A stretch of 64,000 nucleotides of DNA, taken from positions 222,511 through 286,510 of the forward strand of contig CBDUPA010000006.1 in NCBI GenBank assembly GCA_965368975.1, in the 5' to 3' direction. This document shows positions 56,454 to 64,000 of the stretch, in pieces. Both the position numbers and the translations under genes were made by a program. The notes beneath the pieces were generated by a model. It worked only from the letters and a program-made list of their open reading frames with translations. It ran no database searches and had not been told where the DNA came from. The DNA comes from an uncultured bacterium (GTDB lineage: Bacteria; Acidobacteriota; Thermoanaerobaculia; Multivoradales; JAHZIX01). The first letter of the stretch is position 1, and each line of letters begins with the position of its first letter.

Positions 56454-59400
56454 TCAGCGCCAGTCGCCCTGCAAGACGAAAGCTGCCCAGAAGTAGGGGT
56501 GCCTCCGTCGTGGATCGGAGCGCAGGGAGAGTTGAGCACTGCGCAGAGCTGCAGCCGGGCGCAGGCCTTGCTGTAAGAGGGCACGATAGAAGCGCTCCAT
56601 CAGTTCGGCGGTGGCTCGATCTTGAACCTGCCACAAGCTAGAGACGACTCTGGGGGTGCCGGCGTGGAAGAAGGCATGCGTGAGGCCGAGCAAGCCTTCT
56701 CCGCGAATCTCCTCGCCAAGGGCAGTGCTACAGCCAGAAAGTACGACCAGCTCGGCGTCGAGGCGTAGGTGGTAGAGGTCGGATAGGCCGAGGAAACCGT
56801 CTTGAGGCTGGCATTGCTCATCGAGCCGGGAAAGAATCAGGCCGGAAAGCTCTGGATGGAGAGTGTCGATGCGGCCGTGAGTGGCGAAGTGGATGATCTG
56901 GTAGCCGGTCAGCCCGCCCTGCAACACAGCATCGCGACTGGCAGCAAACCCGAGGGCCAGATGAGTCTGTCCGGGCGGCTGCAGGGAGGCAACGACTTCG
57001 GCTTCTTGTCGGCTGGCGCTGAGGCGAGGTAGTTCCTCGGACTCGGCTCGGGTTGCACTCCGCTCGACACGGCTGAGCTGGACGGGAGCCGGCTCCATAC
57101 CGTGGCAGCGGGGGTCGCGCGGGCCGAAGACCGGATCCGCGAAGATGGCTGTGCGGTTGGATGGGGCCTGCGATGCACCTCGTTGCCGTTGCAGCGCCAG
57201 TGCCGAAGCGGATGCCAGGTGGACCACCTCATAGTGCTCCAGTAGCAGCCCGCCTCGCGGGTGCGGCAGTACCGCGAAGGGTAGGTATTGCAGGGCACCA
57301 TCGGGGACGACGGCTAAGCGGCGAATCTCCGAGCCGAGATCCGTCAGAGCAGGAGCCAGAATCAAGTGGGCGAGCTGCGCGGCTTCTGTAGCGCCGGCAC
57401 CACCGGCCTCGACGGCCTTGAGCCCATTCCAGGTCTCTCTTGCTAGCTGCTCGAGGCGCTGACGCGGTGGCAGTTCGAAGACATCGATGCCAGCGGTGGT
57501 GACTCGCCATACAAAACTGCGCCGCTCGCCCAGGGCATATTCGAGCAGTGCGGTTTCGGGGTCCAGCAACTCAACCACTTCGCTTGCTGTCACGACGGGC
57601 GGAACAGCCGGGGCGGCTGAGCCAGGATCGAGCTGCCGCAGGCGAGCCTCGACCAGATCCAGATCGACAAGCAGCTCTTGCAACTGCTGTTCAGTCTGTC
57701 GCCGCACTTCGAGATCTTCGGTGCGCCGTTCCTGTCGGTCGGCGACAGCGCGCAACTGGCGCTGCAGTCGCCGGCGCTGCTGCTGCAGCTCTCGGAACTG
57801 TGGCGTCTTTGCGACCAAGTCGCTACCCGGAGTCGTACGCTCTTCGTCTGCGCGTGCGAGCAAGTCGAGCAACGTTCGCGAGCGCGAGCGCTCACTGATC
57901 TCGAGGGCAGTACGCTGGTGCCCTGCGTTCGGCTCCAGCTCGTGGCGCGCGACGTGAAACTCGATAGCGAGCTCGAAGACTTGAGCGCGAGACGCAAAGA
58001 AGATGGCCTTTAGGCGTGGGTGCACGATCTCGAGGCGCAGCGACTCGGCGAGAGAGCGCGCTTCTTCGAGATAGCTGCCAGCGCGTTGCAGCCGTGCTGT
58101 CGCCCCCTCCGGGAGGGCTTCTCGGAGCCCGGCGCCTTCTAGGTCGACCCCATCCATCTCAACCGCGGCGAGCGCACCCAGGCTGCGCACCAGAGCAAGG
58201 GGGTCACCACGTTGGCGCTGTAAGTGGACGCTGCGCCCCAAGGCTTCGATGGCCTCATCATCGCGCCCGGTAGCTGCCAGAGCGATACCGACGTAGCGCA
58301 AGGTGGTGCCTTCCCCATTCACCAAGCCGAGTTGCCGGTAGAGCACCAACGCCTGATCGAGCTGTACCAGAGCTTGTGTTGTGTCGCCCTGCTCCAACAA
58401 GGTTTCGGCCAAGGCGCGGTGGCTGGATGCACGTTGCTGGACACGGCCGAGGCTTTCGGCAGCTGTTACTGCCAGCGCATGGGTATCGAGGGCAAGCTGC
58501 AGTTCTCCCAGCTCGCGGTACGCGCGTGCCAGCAGGTTCAGGATCATGATCTCGTTGATCCGATGCCCTGTGCGCCGACGTAGCTCCAGCGCTTGCTCGA
58601 GGAAGGCCCGTGCTCGTCGGGACTCGCCGACGGTCAAGTAGGCGGCACCCAAGTTGGAAAGCAGTATGCCACGCAGACGAAGCTCGGTGGAGGGCACAAT
58701 CTCGAGAGTCTGCTCGTAGAGTTCCAGGGCTTGCTGGAACTCGCCGAGACGGCGATGCACCACCGCGATGTTGTTCTGGGTCTGTGCAATTTCCAGCGGG
58801 TTGCCGAACTGCCGGCGCAGATCAAGGGCCCCATGGTAGTGCTCCAGCGCTGCGTCCGGGAGATCCTGTAGATCATAGACGCCGCCCAGGTTGTTGAGCA
58901 TCAGCGCTTCGTACCATCGGTCGCCCAGGTCTTGGAAGCGCGTGCGCAGGAAGCTGTAGCAGGTGGCGGCGGTCTCCAGGTCACCATGGATGTGCACGAC
59001 CAGGCACAGGTTGTTCCGGGTCAGCGCCTCGTCCCGTTCCAGACCTAACGCACGCCACAGATCCAGGGCACTCTGGAACTCCACGCGCGCGTTTTCCAGC
59101 TTTCCTAGTTGCATGAACGCGTAGCCCAAACCGTTGCGTACCGCAGCTACGCGCCAGGGCTCTTCCAGCTCTGTCCAGAGGGCCAGGGCTCTCTCGAAGG
59201 TTGCCACAGCCGTTTCCGTCTCACCCATCTCCAAGCGCAGCAAGGCCATCGCATGCAGAGTTTCCGCCTGCCGCCGCGGTTGCTCCAGGCTGCGCCACAG
59301 GCCCAGCGCCTCCACATAAGCGGTCAACGCCTGGTGGTTGCCTTCCTGCGTGCCGAGGGGGCGCAGCCGACCGGCACGTGCCACGGCGGCCCAGGCTCGA

Positions 59401-59867
59401 CTGGCCTCTGGAGTCAGTTCGTTCGCCGGTACGCAGTGCACGGAATAGGTACCGGGAGCGGCACCTGGAGATGCAGGGCGCACGTACAAGCGGAAGGACT
59501 GTCCAGCACCGTCGAAGTGGATCAGCTCTTCGCCCCAGTGCAGGGTTGGCTGATCGTAGACCGTACGCTGTCCGTCTGCGGCTTCCAGCTCCAGGACTAC
59601 GTCGAGCTGTTGTTGCTCGACGCGCAGCAACAGCGTCCCAGTCGTCGCCAGGTCGTAGACGTGCTGCACGTCGCCGGCTAGAGAATGGGTGAGCGGCTCC
59701 GAGGTGCACAGCTCGCCAGGCCGAACCGGATCGTCGGGTTCGCCGAGATAGTTGGTCTCGGACGTCGATGCCAGCGGTCCGAGGACAAGCAAGCTGACGA
59801 GCAAGACCGGCAAGACAGCCGAGGTGATCGACCGGCTCGGTGAGCAGCGAGAAAGAGATGCGGGCAT
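56454..59867 (-). CDS. TPR-CHAT domain protein (caspase-like protease), module 2
   Basis: Signal/TM, a PPC-like beta domain, many NNLG..Y TPRs, and CHAT motifs VVPDGALQYLPF, HFATHG (His), LSGCSTA (Cys), SLWQVQD, HPYFWAAFVL.G. Confidence 0.94.
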   Translation of the reverse strand: MPASLSRCSPSRSITSAVLPVLLVSLLVLGPLASTSETNYLGEPDDPVRPGELCTSEPLTHSLAGDVQHVYDLATTGTLLLRVEQQQLDVVLELEAADGQRTVYDQPTLHWGEELIHFDGAGQSFRLYVRPASPGAAPGTYSVHCVPANELTPEASRAWAAVARAGRLRPLGTQEGNHQALTAYVEALGLWRSLEQPRRQAETLHAMALLRLEMGETETAVATFERALALWTELEEPWRVAAVRNGLGYAFMQLGKLENARVEFQSALDLWRALGLERDEALTRNNLCLVVHIHGDLETAATCYSFLRTRFQDLGDRWYEALMLNNLGGVYDLQDLPDAALEHYHGALDLRRQFGNPLEIAQTQNNIAVVHRRLGEFQQALELYEQTLEIVPSTELRLRGILLSNLGAAYLTVGESRRARAFLEQALELRRRTGHRINEIMILNLLARAYRELGELQLALDTHALAVTAAESLGRVQQRASSHRALAETLLEQGDTTQALVQLDQALVLYRQLGLVNGEGTTLRYVGIALAATGRDDEAIEALGRSVHLQRQRGDPLALVRSLGALAAVEMDGVDLEGAGLREALPEGATARLQRAGSYLEEARSLAESLRLEIVHPRLKAIFFASRAQVFELAIEFHVARHELEPNAGHQRTALEISERSRSRTLLDLLARADEERTTPGSDLVAKTPQFRELQQQRRRLQRQLRAVADRQERRTEDLEVRRQTEQQLQELLVDLDLVEARLRQLDPGSAAPAVPPVVTASEVVELLDPETALLEYALGERRSFVWRVTTAGIDVFELPPRQRLEQLARETWNGLKAVEAGGAGATEAAQLAHLILAPALTDLGSEIRRLAVVPDGALQYLPFAVLPHPRGGLLLEHYEVVHLASASALALQRQRGASQAPSNRTAIFADPVFGPRDPRCHGMEPAPVQLSRVERSATRAESEELPRLSASRQEAEVVASLQPPGQTHLALGFAASRDAVLQGGLTGYQIIHFATHGRIDTLHPELSGLILSRLDEQCQPQDGFLGLSDLYHLRLDAELVVLSGCSTALGEEIRGEGLLGLTHAFFHAGTPRVVSSLWQVQDRATAELMERFYRALLQQGLRPAAALRSAQLSLRSDPRRRHPYFWAAFVLQGDWR

Positions 59868-59956
59868 TGTCCTCGAAGGCTACACGGCCGCCTGGAGCCT
59901 GGCAAGGTCGAGCTGGTGAGCCCTGTCGGTGGGTACTCGCCGCAAGTCTTCTCAGC

Positions 59957-60523
59957 TCAGGGCTGGAAGGTAATCTCCAACATTGGCGGATAGATCGACT
60001 CTCGGCTCCAGAAGTCGAGATTCCCCTGGTCCGCGACCGTTGCCAGCCCCAGCGTATAGATGCCGTTGCCGGTGATTGCGCCCGTAACATCGATCTCGTG
60101 CCAGGTATCCGCGGCCAGCGGCACGGGCACCGGCGCCGACCACTGCACGGCCAGCGAGGCATTGTTGAAGTTGATCGTGCTCTCATTCCACAGCGTGTCC
60201 GCCATGCGGTACACCGTCACGGGCTGGGTGAGTGTCCGGTCCTGCGTGCGCAATCGCAGCTTCGCAGAGGTCTGGCTATTGGGGCACGCCGCTTGCCACG
60301 CTTGATTCGCCTTCGTCATCAGGCAAGCAAAGACATCATGATAGGTGCCCTCAGGCACGAAGGCGACCGTATACTCCCTGCCTCTCTGGAATTTTGTTTC
60401 GTCGTGCAATACTCCACATGCTTGCGCCTGTAGGTGCTCTGCACAAGGCAGTAGGCAGAACACGAGGATCAGAGCGAATCGCCACCAAAGTCCCGGCACT
60501 GCCCAGCCGGGCAAGCTGTTCAT
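59957..60523 (-). CDS. Secreted protein with a CBM96/DNRLRE-like domain, possibly partial
   Basis: SAKLRL, W.E..I.FNN, W.EIDVT.AI.GNG, F.SRE...P.L.I. Confidence 0.65.
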   Translation of the reverse strand: MNSLPGWAVPGLWWRFALILVFCLLPCAEHLQAQACGVLHDETKFQRGREYTVAFVPEGTYHDVFACLMTKANQAWQAACPNSQTSAKLRLRTQDRTLTQPVTVYRMADTLWNESTINFNNASLAVQWSAPVPVPLAADTWHEIDVTGAITGNGIYTLGLATVADQGNLDFWSRESIYPPMLEITFQP

Positions 60524-61335
60524 CGAATCTCCCCCAAGACCAAGGGTTGCTCAACAACATATTCATAAGGCTGGGGTTGCACGACACCATCAACAACCGG
60601 GAAGATCTTGACAACTTGATAACTGGCCGAACCTCGCGGGACTCCGAGGAGAAGCACCGTGTCCCCGATCTCTTCCTTGAAGAAGCCATTGTCCTGCCTC
60701 TCTGCACACAGTCTGATTTCACCTACTGTCAAGTCGTAATCCCTAGTGAAATATTCAATCGACGCCCCTTTATTAGTGGACAAACTCTCGCCGGAGAGGG
60801 CGTCATCGACATGCAGGAACGTTAGGACTTCACCGACAACGCGCGTGGCGAGGCGGCCGCTACCGTGAACACCAGCTTCGATCCCGGTTATCTTCAGCAC
60901 TACTGCCAAATAGGACCTATCTACCAGTTGCGCGATGGTTGGACGCGGGGCTAACCCTTCGACTTCAGTTGGAAGGATCAAAGATGTGGGTCCCATGGTT
61001 CCACTTTCCCTCGCAGACACGCAGTCCCCAGAGTCAGACTGATCTCCACCCAAAAGAGTGGTGCGATCACTCAGACCCAAGATCTCCTGCATCTCCTTCT
61101 GCATTTCTGCTTTCATTCCGAGCAGGTCTAACTCGGCTTGGGTCAAAGTCAGGAAAGACTCTATGACTGATGCGGGAAGCCATTCGACGCGGCCCGACTC
61201 GATGTCCCTCTGAACGACTGCATCCAATACGTGGAGTTCGTCGGTCCAAACAACTTGTTGCTCGGACGCTTCAACTGAGGTCCCATCTGGGTGCTGGAGT
61301 AGGAGCAGAAGGACAATGGGAACTATTCTTCGCAT
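60520..61335 (-). CDS. Secreted hypothetical protein
   Basis: AGGAG RBS, signal-like N-terminus, AT-richer sequence; ATGA overlap with the next gene. Confidence 0.7.
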   Translation of the reverse strand: MRRIVPIVLLLLLQHPDGTSVEASEQQVVWTDELHVLDAVVQRDIESGRVEWLPASVIESFLTLTQAELDLLGMKAEMQKEMQEILGLSDRTTLLGGDQSDSGDCVSARESGTMGPTSLILPTEVEGLAPRPTIAQLVDRSYLAVVLKITGIEAGVHGSGRLATRVVGEVLTFLHVDDALSGESLSTNKGASIEYFTRDYDLTVGEIRLCAERQDNGFFKEEIGDTVLLLGVPRGSASYQVVKIFPVVDGVVQPQPYEYVVEQPLVLGEIR

Positions 61336-61500
61336 GAAACTCTCCTGTTTTGGAATTTTAGTCCAGCAGGACTTGGCGGAGGATAGTTGTGCGTACCTTC
61401 CCCGTCAATGCCTTCATTGAGTACTTTATCTGTCAGTCTTTCTTGTTTGCGATTGACTTAAATCCCCGGGAGCACCTCGCGGCGGTGCGAAGAACGCTAC

Positions 61501-62217
61501 TCACTCCCGCGGCAGGATTCGGCAGGAGTAGCTACGGGTGGCCGGCTCGGCTCCTCCGATACTCTTGCCAATGCTGAGCTGCAGTTGATAGTCCCCGGCC
61601 TGCAGCTGCGAAGAGTGGACACTGACGGTCAGGTTGCCCAGCGCGTCGGCCGTCAGGCCGCTGGCCTGCCAGATCACGGTACCGTCTGGGGCACGGAGTT
61701 CCGCCGAGACCTGGCTCACGGCCGCGTCCAGTTGGGCTGCCAGCACGATCCAGCCGGGTTCGGCGGGCAAGCGTATGCGCTGGGTCGGCGCGCTGCCGGC
61801 TTCGGGCGCGCTACGCTCGGCGTCGAGATAGGTGATCAAGGTGCCGGCTTGCGGGGCTTGGGCGGATTCCAGCTGGCTTCGGGTTTGAGACAGCTCGCCC
61901 TGCAGCTGGCGCAGCTGCCAGCCAAGCGCGGCCGGCAGGAGAAGCAGGAGGGCCAGGGCGGCGAGCACCAGGGCGGGACGCTGCTGTGGCCAGCGTGCTA
62001 GCCGTGACCACAGACTCAGGGTGGCGGTGACCTTGGCGACGTCCTCGGCCGCGGCCTGCTTGAGGCCCAGCTGCAGCTGCTCGGCGGCTTCTAGCTCGTC
62101 GAGGCATTGAGCACAGCCGAGGTAGTGCTCCTCGAAGCGCGCGGCTTCGTCCTCGTTGAGCTGGGCGAGCAGGTAGCGGTCGATGAGGCGCTCGCGCTCG
62201 ATGGTGGTGTGGTCCAT
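61501..62217 (-). CDS. zf-HC2 (ZAS) anti-sigma factor with a TM, coiled coil and C-terminal Ig-like domain
   Basis: YLL..L...E...FEEHYLGCAQC, a TM, and L..GDY.L.L. Confidence 0.88.
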   Translation of the reverse strand: MDHTTIERERLIDRYLLAQLNEDEAARFEEHYLGCAQCLDELEAAEQLQLGLKQAAAEDVAKVTATLSLWSRLARWPQQRPALVLAALALLLLLPAALGWQLRQLQGELSQTRSQLESAQAPQAGTLITYLDAERSAPEAGSAPTQRIRLPAEPGWIVLAAQLDAAVSQVSAELRAPDGTVIWQASGLTADALGNLTVSVHSSQLQAGDYQLQLSIGKSIGGAEPATRSYSCRILPRE

Positions 62218-62301
62218 GGCTATCTTCCGTTCCGGATGGGGCTCCGTTAGGGCAAGAGAGGGCCCAGAGCAGAGCTGTGGTGCCGGTCTCTCTATCTCTT
62301 G

Positions 62302-62329
62302 ACTGTCGTCAAAGCTCCGTTTCTCTCAC
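62302..62329 (-). promoter_or_regulatory. GTGAGAG-N17-CAGT putative ECF promoter between the sigma and anti-sigma genes
   Basis: Minus strand gtgagag aaacggagctttgacga cagt. Confidence 0.65.
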
Positions 62330-62353
62330 GAGTGTGTGGGACTTTGAGTGCGC

Positions 62354-62962
62354 TCATCCCGGGCCGCGTGCCCAGCCGGCGGCTTCGAGGAGCTTCTTGA
62401 AGCGCTGGCGGGCACGGTACAGGACGCGGTCGAAGTGCTCGGGCGACAGCTCCAGATCGGTACAGATGTCGAGTTTGTCGTCTTCCGCCAGGTAGGTGCG
62501 GTAGAGGATCTGCCGGTCGCGGTCGGTCTTCAGTTCACCGATCAGACGGCGCACCAGCCGCGCACGCTGGTGCTGCTCGATGCGCTGCTGCTGAACGGGC
62601 GCCGCGTCGAGCCGGCCATCCACTGCCGCGTCGACGGCTTCGCTGTCCGCTTCGGTGCGCCGCCGGCTGTGCTTGCGCCACTTGGCGCGCAGCAGGTTGC
62701 GGGCGGTACCACGCAGAAAGCCGATGAAAGCTTCAGGCTGCTCGAGGCCGGGGCCGCGCAGGCGCTCCAGCACAATGCGGAAGGTCTCTTGGTGCAGGTC
62801 TTCGGCTTCTTCCGGCCGTGCTCCTGCCCGGCGTAGCAGGAAGAGGATGCCGCGGCTGAAGTGGTGTACCAACTCGCTCTCGGCGTCGCGGTCGCCGGAC
62901 TGGATGCGCCGCACCAGATCGCACGTGTCGTCGGACGCAGCGCGCGTTGAGATGTCCGCCAT
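62354..62962 (-). CDS. ECF-type RNA polymerase sigma factor (module 2)
   Basis: LV.RI..GD..AE..L, AEDL.QETF, and region 4 ending LYRARQRFKKL. Confidence 0.92.
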   Translation of the reverse strand: MADISTRAASDDTCDLVRRIQSGDRDAESELVHHFSRGILFLLRRAGARPEEAEDLHQETFRIVLERLRGPGLEQPEAFIGFLRGTARNLLRAKWRKHSRRRTEADSEAVDAAVDGRLDAAPVQQQRIEQHQRARLVRRLIGELKTDRDRQILYRTYLAEDDKLDICTDLELSPEHFDRVLYRARQRFKKLLEAAGWARGPG

Positions 62963-62988
62963 GCGCGAATCCTAGCACTGCCCTCTCT

Positions 62989-64000
62989 CTACCAGCGGAT
63001 GGATAGGATCTCCGCCGGCAGACCACCGTTTTCGAGATAGTCGATCCAGGCCCCTTGTTCGGGGCGCAGCTGGTCATTCGGACCTTTGACCTCGTAAAGG
63101 ACGAAGCCGGGCTCCGCGTCGCGCAGCACGAAGAGGTCGGGCAGGCCACAGCGGTAACGGCGCACGTCACGGCTCAGGCGATCGCAGACGTGGGCCAAGT
63201 GCTCGCCGCGCAGGTGTGGCAACACAAGGTCGAGGTTGCGCCGCAGCTGCGACCCCCAAGAGACGAGGGCGTTGGCGACGCCCTGCTTGGCGGTCCAGAT
63301 CTGTTCCAGGCGCGGTCGCAGGTCGGTTTCGCGGCGCAGCTCATCCAGGCGTTGCGCGATGGCATCGCGCCGCTGGCGGCGGAACTCCGGCCGGTGCAGG
63401 TCGATGGGGCCAAGCTGGAAAGGATGCTGGAAGGCTCTGGGCACGGGGGCGAAGATGATGTCCCAGAAGGCGAGGCCGAAGAGGCTCTTCCATAGGCTGT
63501 TCTCGGCGAAGCAGCCAGCTTGCCCGGCCGCTGCCAACGTTTCGAGCACGGCGCTCTCGATGGTGCCGGCTGGTGGCGCGTCGAGGTGTAGCTGCAGGTA
63601 CCGGCGGCGCGGCTTGCGGGCGCTACCGAAGCGGGCGCCCAGGCGACGGTAGAGACGGTCGCGGAAGGCTGGAGCGAAGACGGCCTCGGTCTCGTCGCGC
63701 GGATCCTCGGCGATCTCACCGCACAGCTCGATGGCGCCGCGCGCGTCGCCGCTCGCGGCCAGCAGGCGTGCCTGGCGTTCGCGTGCGGGTGGTGCGTGGG
63801 CTTGCCGGTAGCAGGCCAGCGCGTCCTCGACGCGGCCGCGCCGCTCCAGGTGGCGGCCAATGTGGTGGAGCAGGCTGTCGAGCACGCGTCGGGCACTGGG
63901 ATGCCAGTCCTCGGCGTGCTCCAGGACGTGGCGTGTCAACTGCCAGGCGGTGTCCCTGTCGGCGGTGTCCCTGTCGGCGGTGTCCCTGTCGGCGGTGTCC
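62989..64000 (-). CDS. VRR-NUC domain (FAN1-like) nuclease; 5' end lies outside the window
   Basis: EN.LW..LFGL.FWDIIF, G.PDL, EVKGPNDQL...Q..W (PD-(D/E)xK motif). Confidence 0.9.
   Translation of the reverse strand, partial: DTADRDTADRDTADRDTAWQLTRHVLEHAEDWHPSARRVLDSLLHHIGRHLERRGRVEDALACYRQAHAPPARERQARLLAASGDARGAIELCGEIAEDPRDETEAVFAPAFRDRLYRRLGARFGSARKPRRRYLQLHLDAPPAGTIESAVLETLAAAGQAGCFAENSLWKSLFGLAFWDIIFAPVPRAFQHPFQLGPIDLHRPEFRRQRRDAIAQRLDELRRETDLRPRLEQIWTAKQGVANALVSWGSQLRRNLDLVLPHLRGEHLAHVCDRLSRDVRRYRCGLPDLFVLRDAEPGFVLYEVKGPNDQLRPEQGAWIDYLENGGLPAEILSIRW
63946..64000. repeat. 15-nt perfect tandem repeat, at least x3.7 (DRDTA on the minus strand)
   Basis: ggcggtgtccctgtc repeated up to the window end. 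Confidence 0.92.

Overview
High-GC bacterial window; the gene families suggest Acidobacteriota of the Thermoanaerobaculia type (inference). I found no rRNA, tRNA, CRISPR array or transposase. (1) 1-14831, minus strand: an 8-gene operon, mostly translationally coupled. It encodes a degenerate Hsp70-like protein, a Zn-ribbon/Ig-like/Hsp70 fusion, a membrane-anchored GrpE-like protein, a Zn-ribbon/beta-propeller-like protein, two paralogous vWA membrane proteins, a small membrane protein and a large tubulin/FtsZ-like GTPase that runs off the window edge. (2) 14947-32864: envelope and housekeeping genes (GT4, priming sugar transferase, alpha-2-macroglobulin, queG, PQQ-like propeller, BlaI/BlaR-like pair, NRAMP, acyl-CoA dehydrogenase). 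(3) Two independent modules of ECF sigma + zf-HC2 anti-sigma + TPR-CHAT (caspase-like) protease, at 32861-42651 and 52500-62962, each followed by unknown cargo genes, many visibly AT-richer. A bipartite motif GTGAGAG-N17-CAG(T) sits upstream of six genes (a weaker seventh copy also exists), five of the six in module 2. A second motif, GTAAT-N10-TGTCCGTCTC, occurs twice in module 1. (4) A 43-aa peptide gene with three RGAALDPNG repeats, which the ORF track shows only as the tail of a longer ORF, lies directly upstream of a Zn-finger-like/TPR protein. (5) A secreted beta-helix protein, a HEAT-repeat protein, a Zn/Mn ABC transporter and a partial VRR-NUC nuclease. All family calls come from motifs read by eye; no database searches were run.
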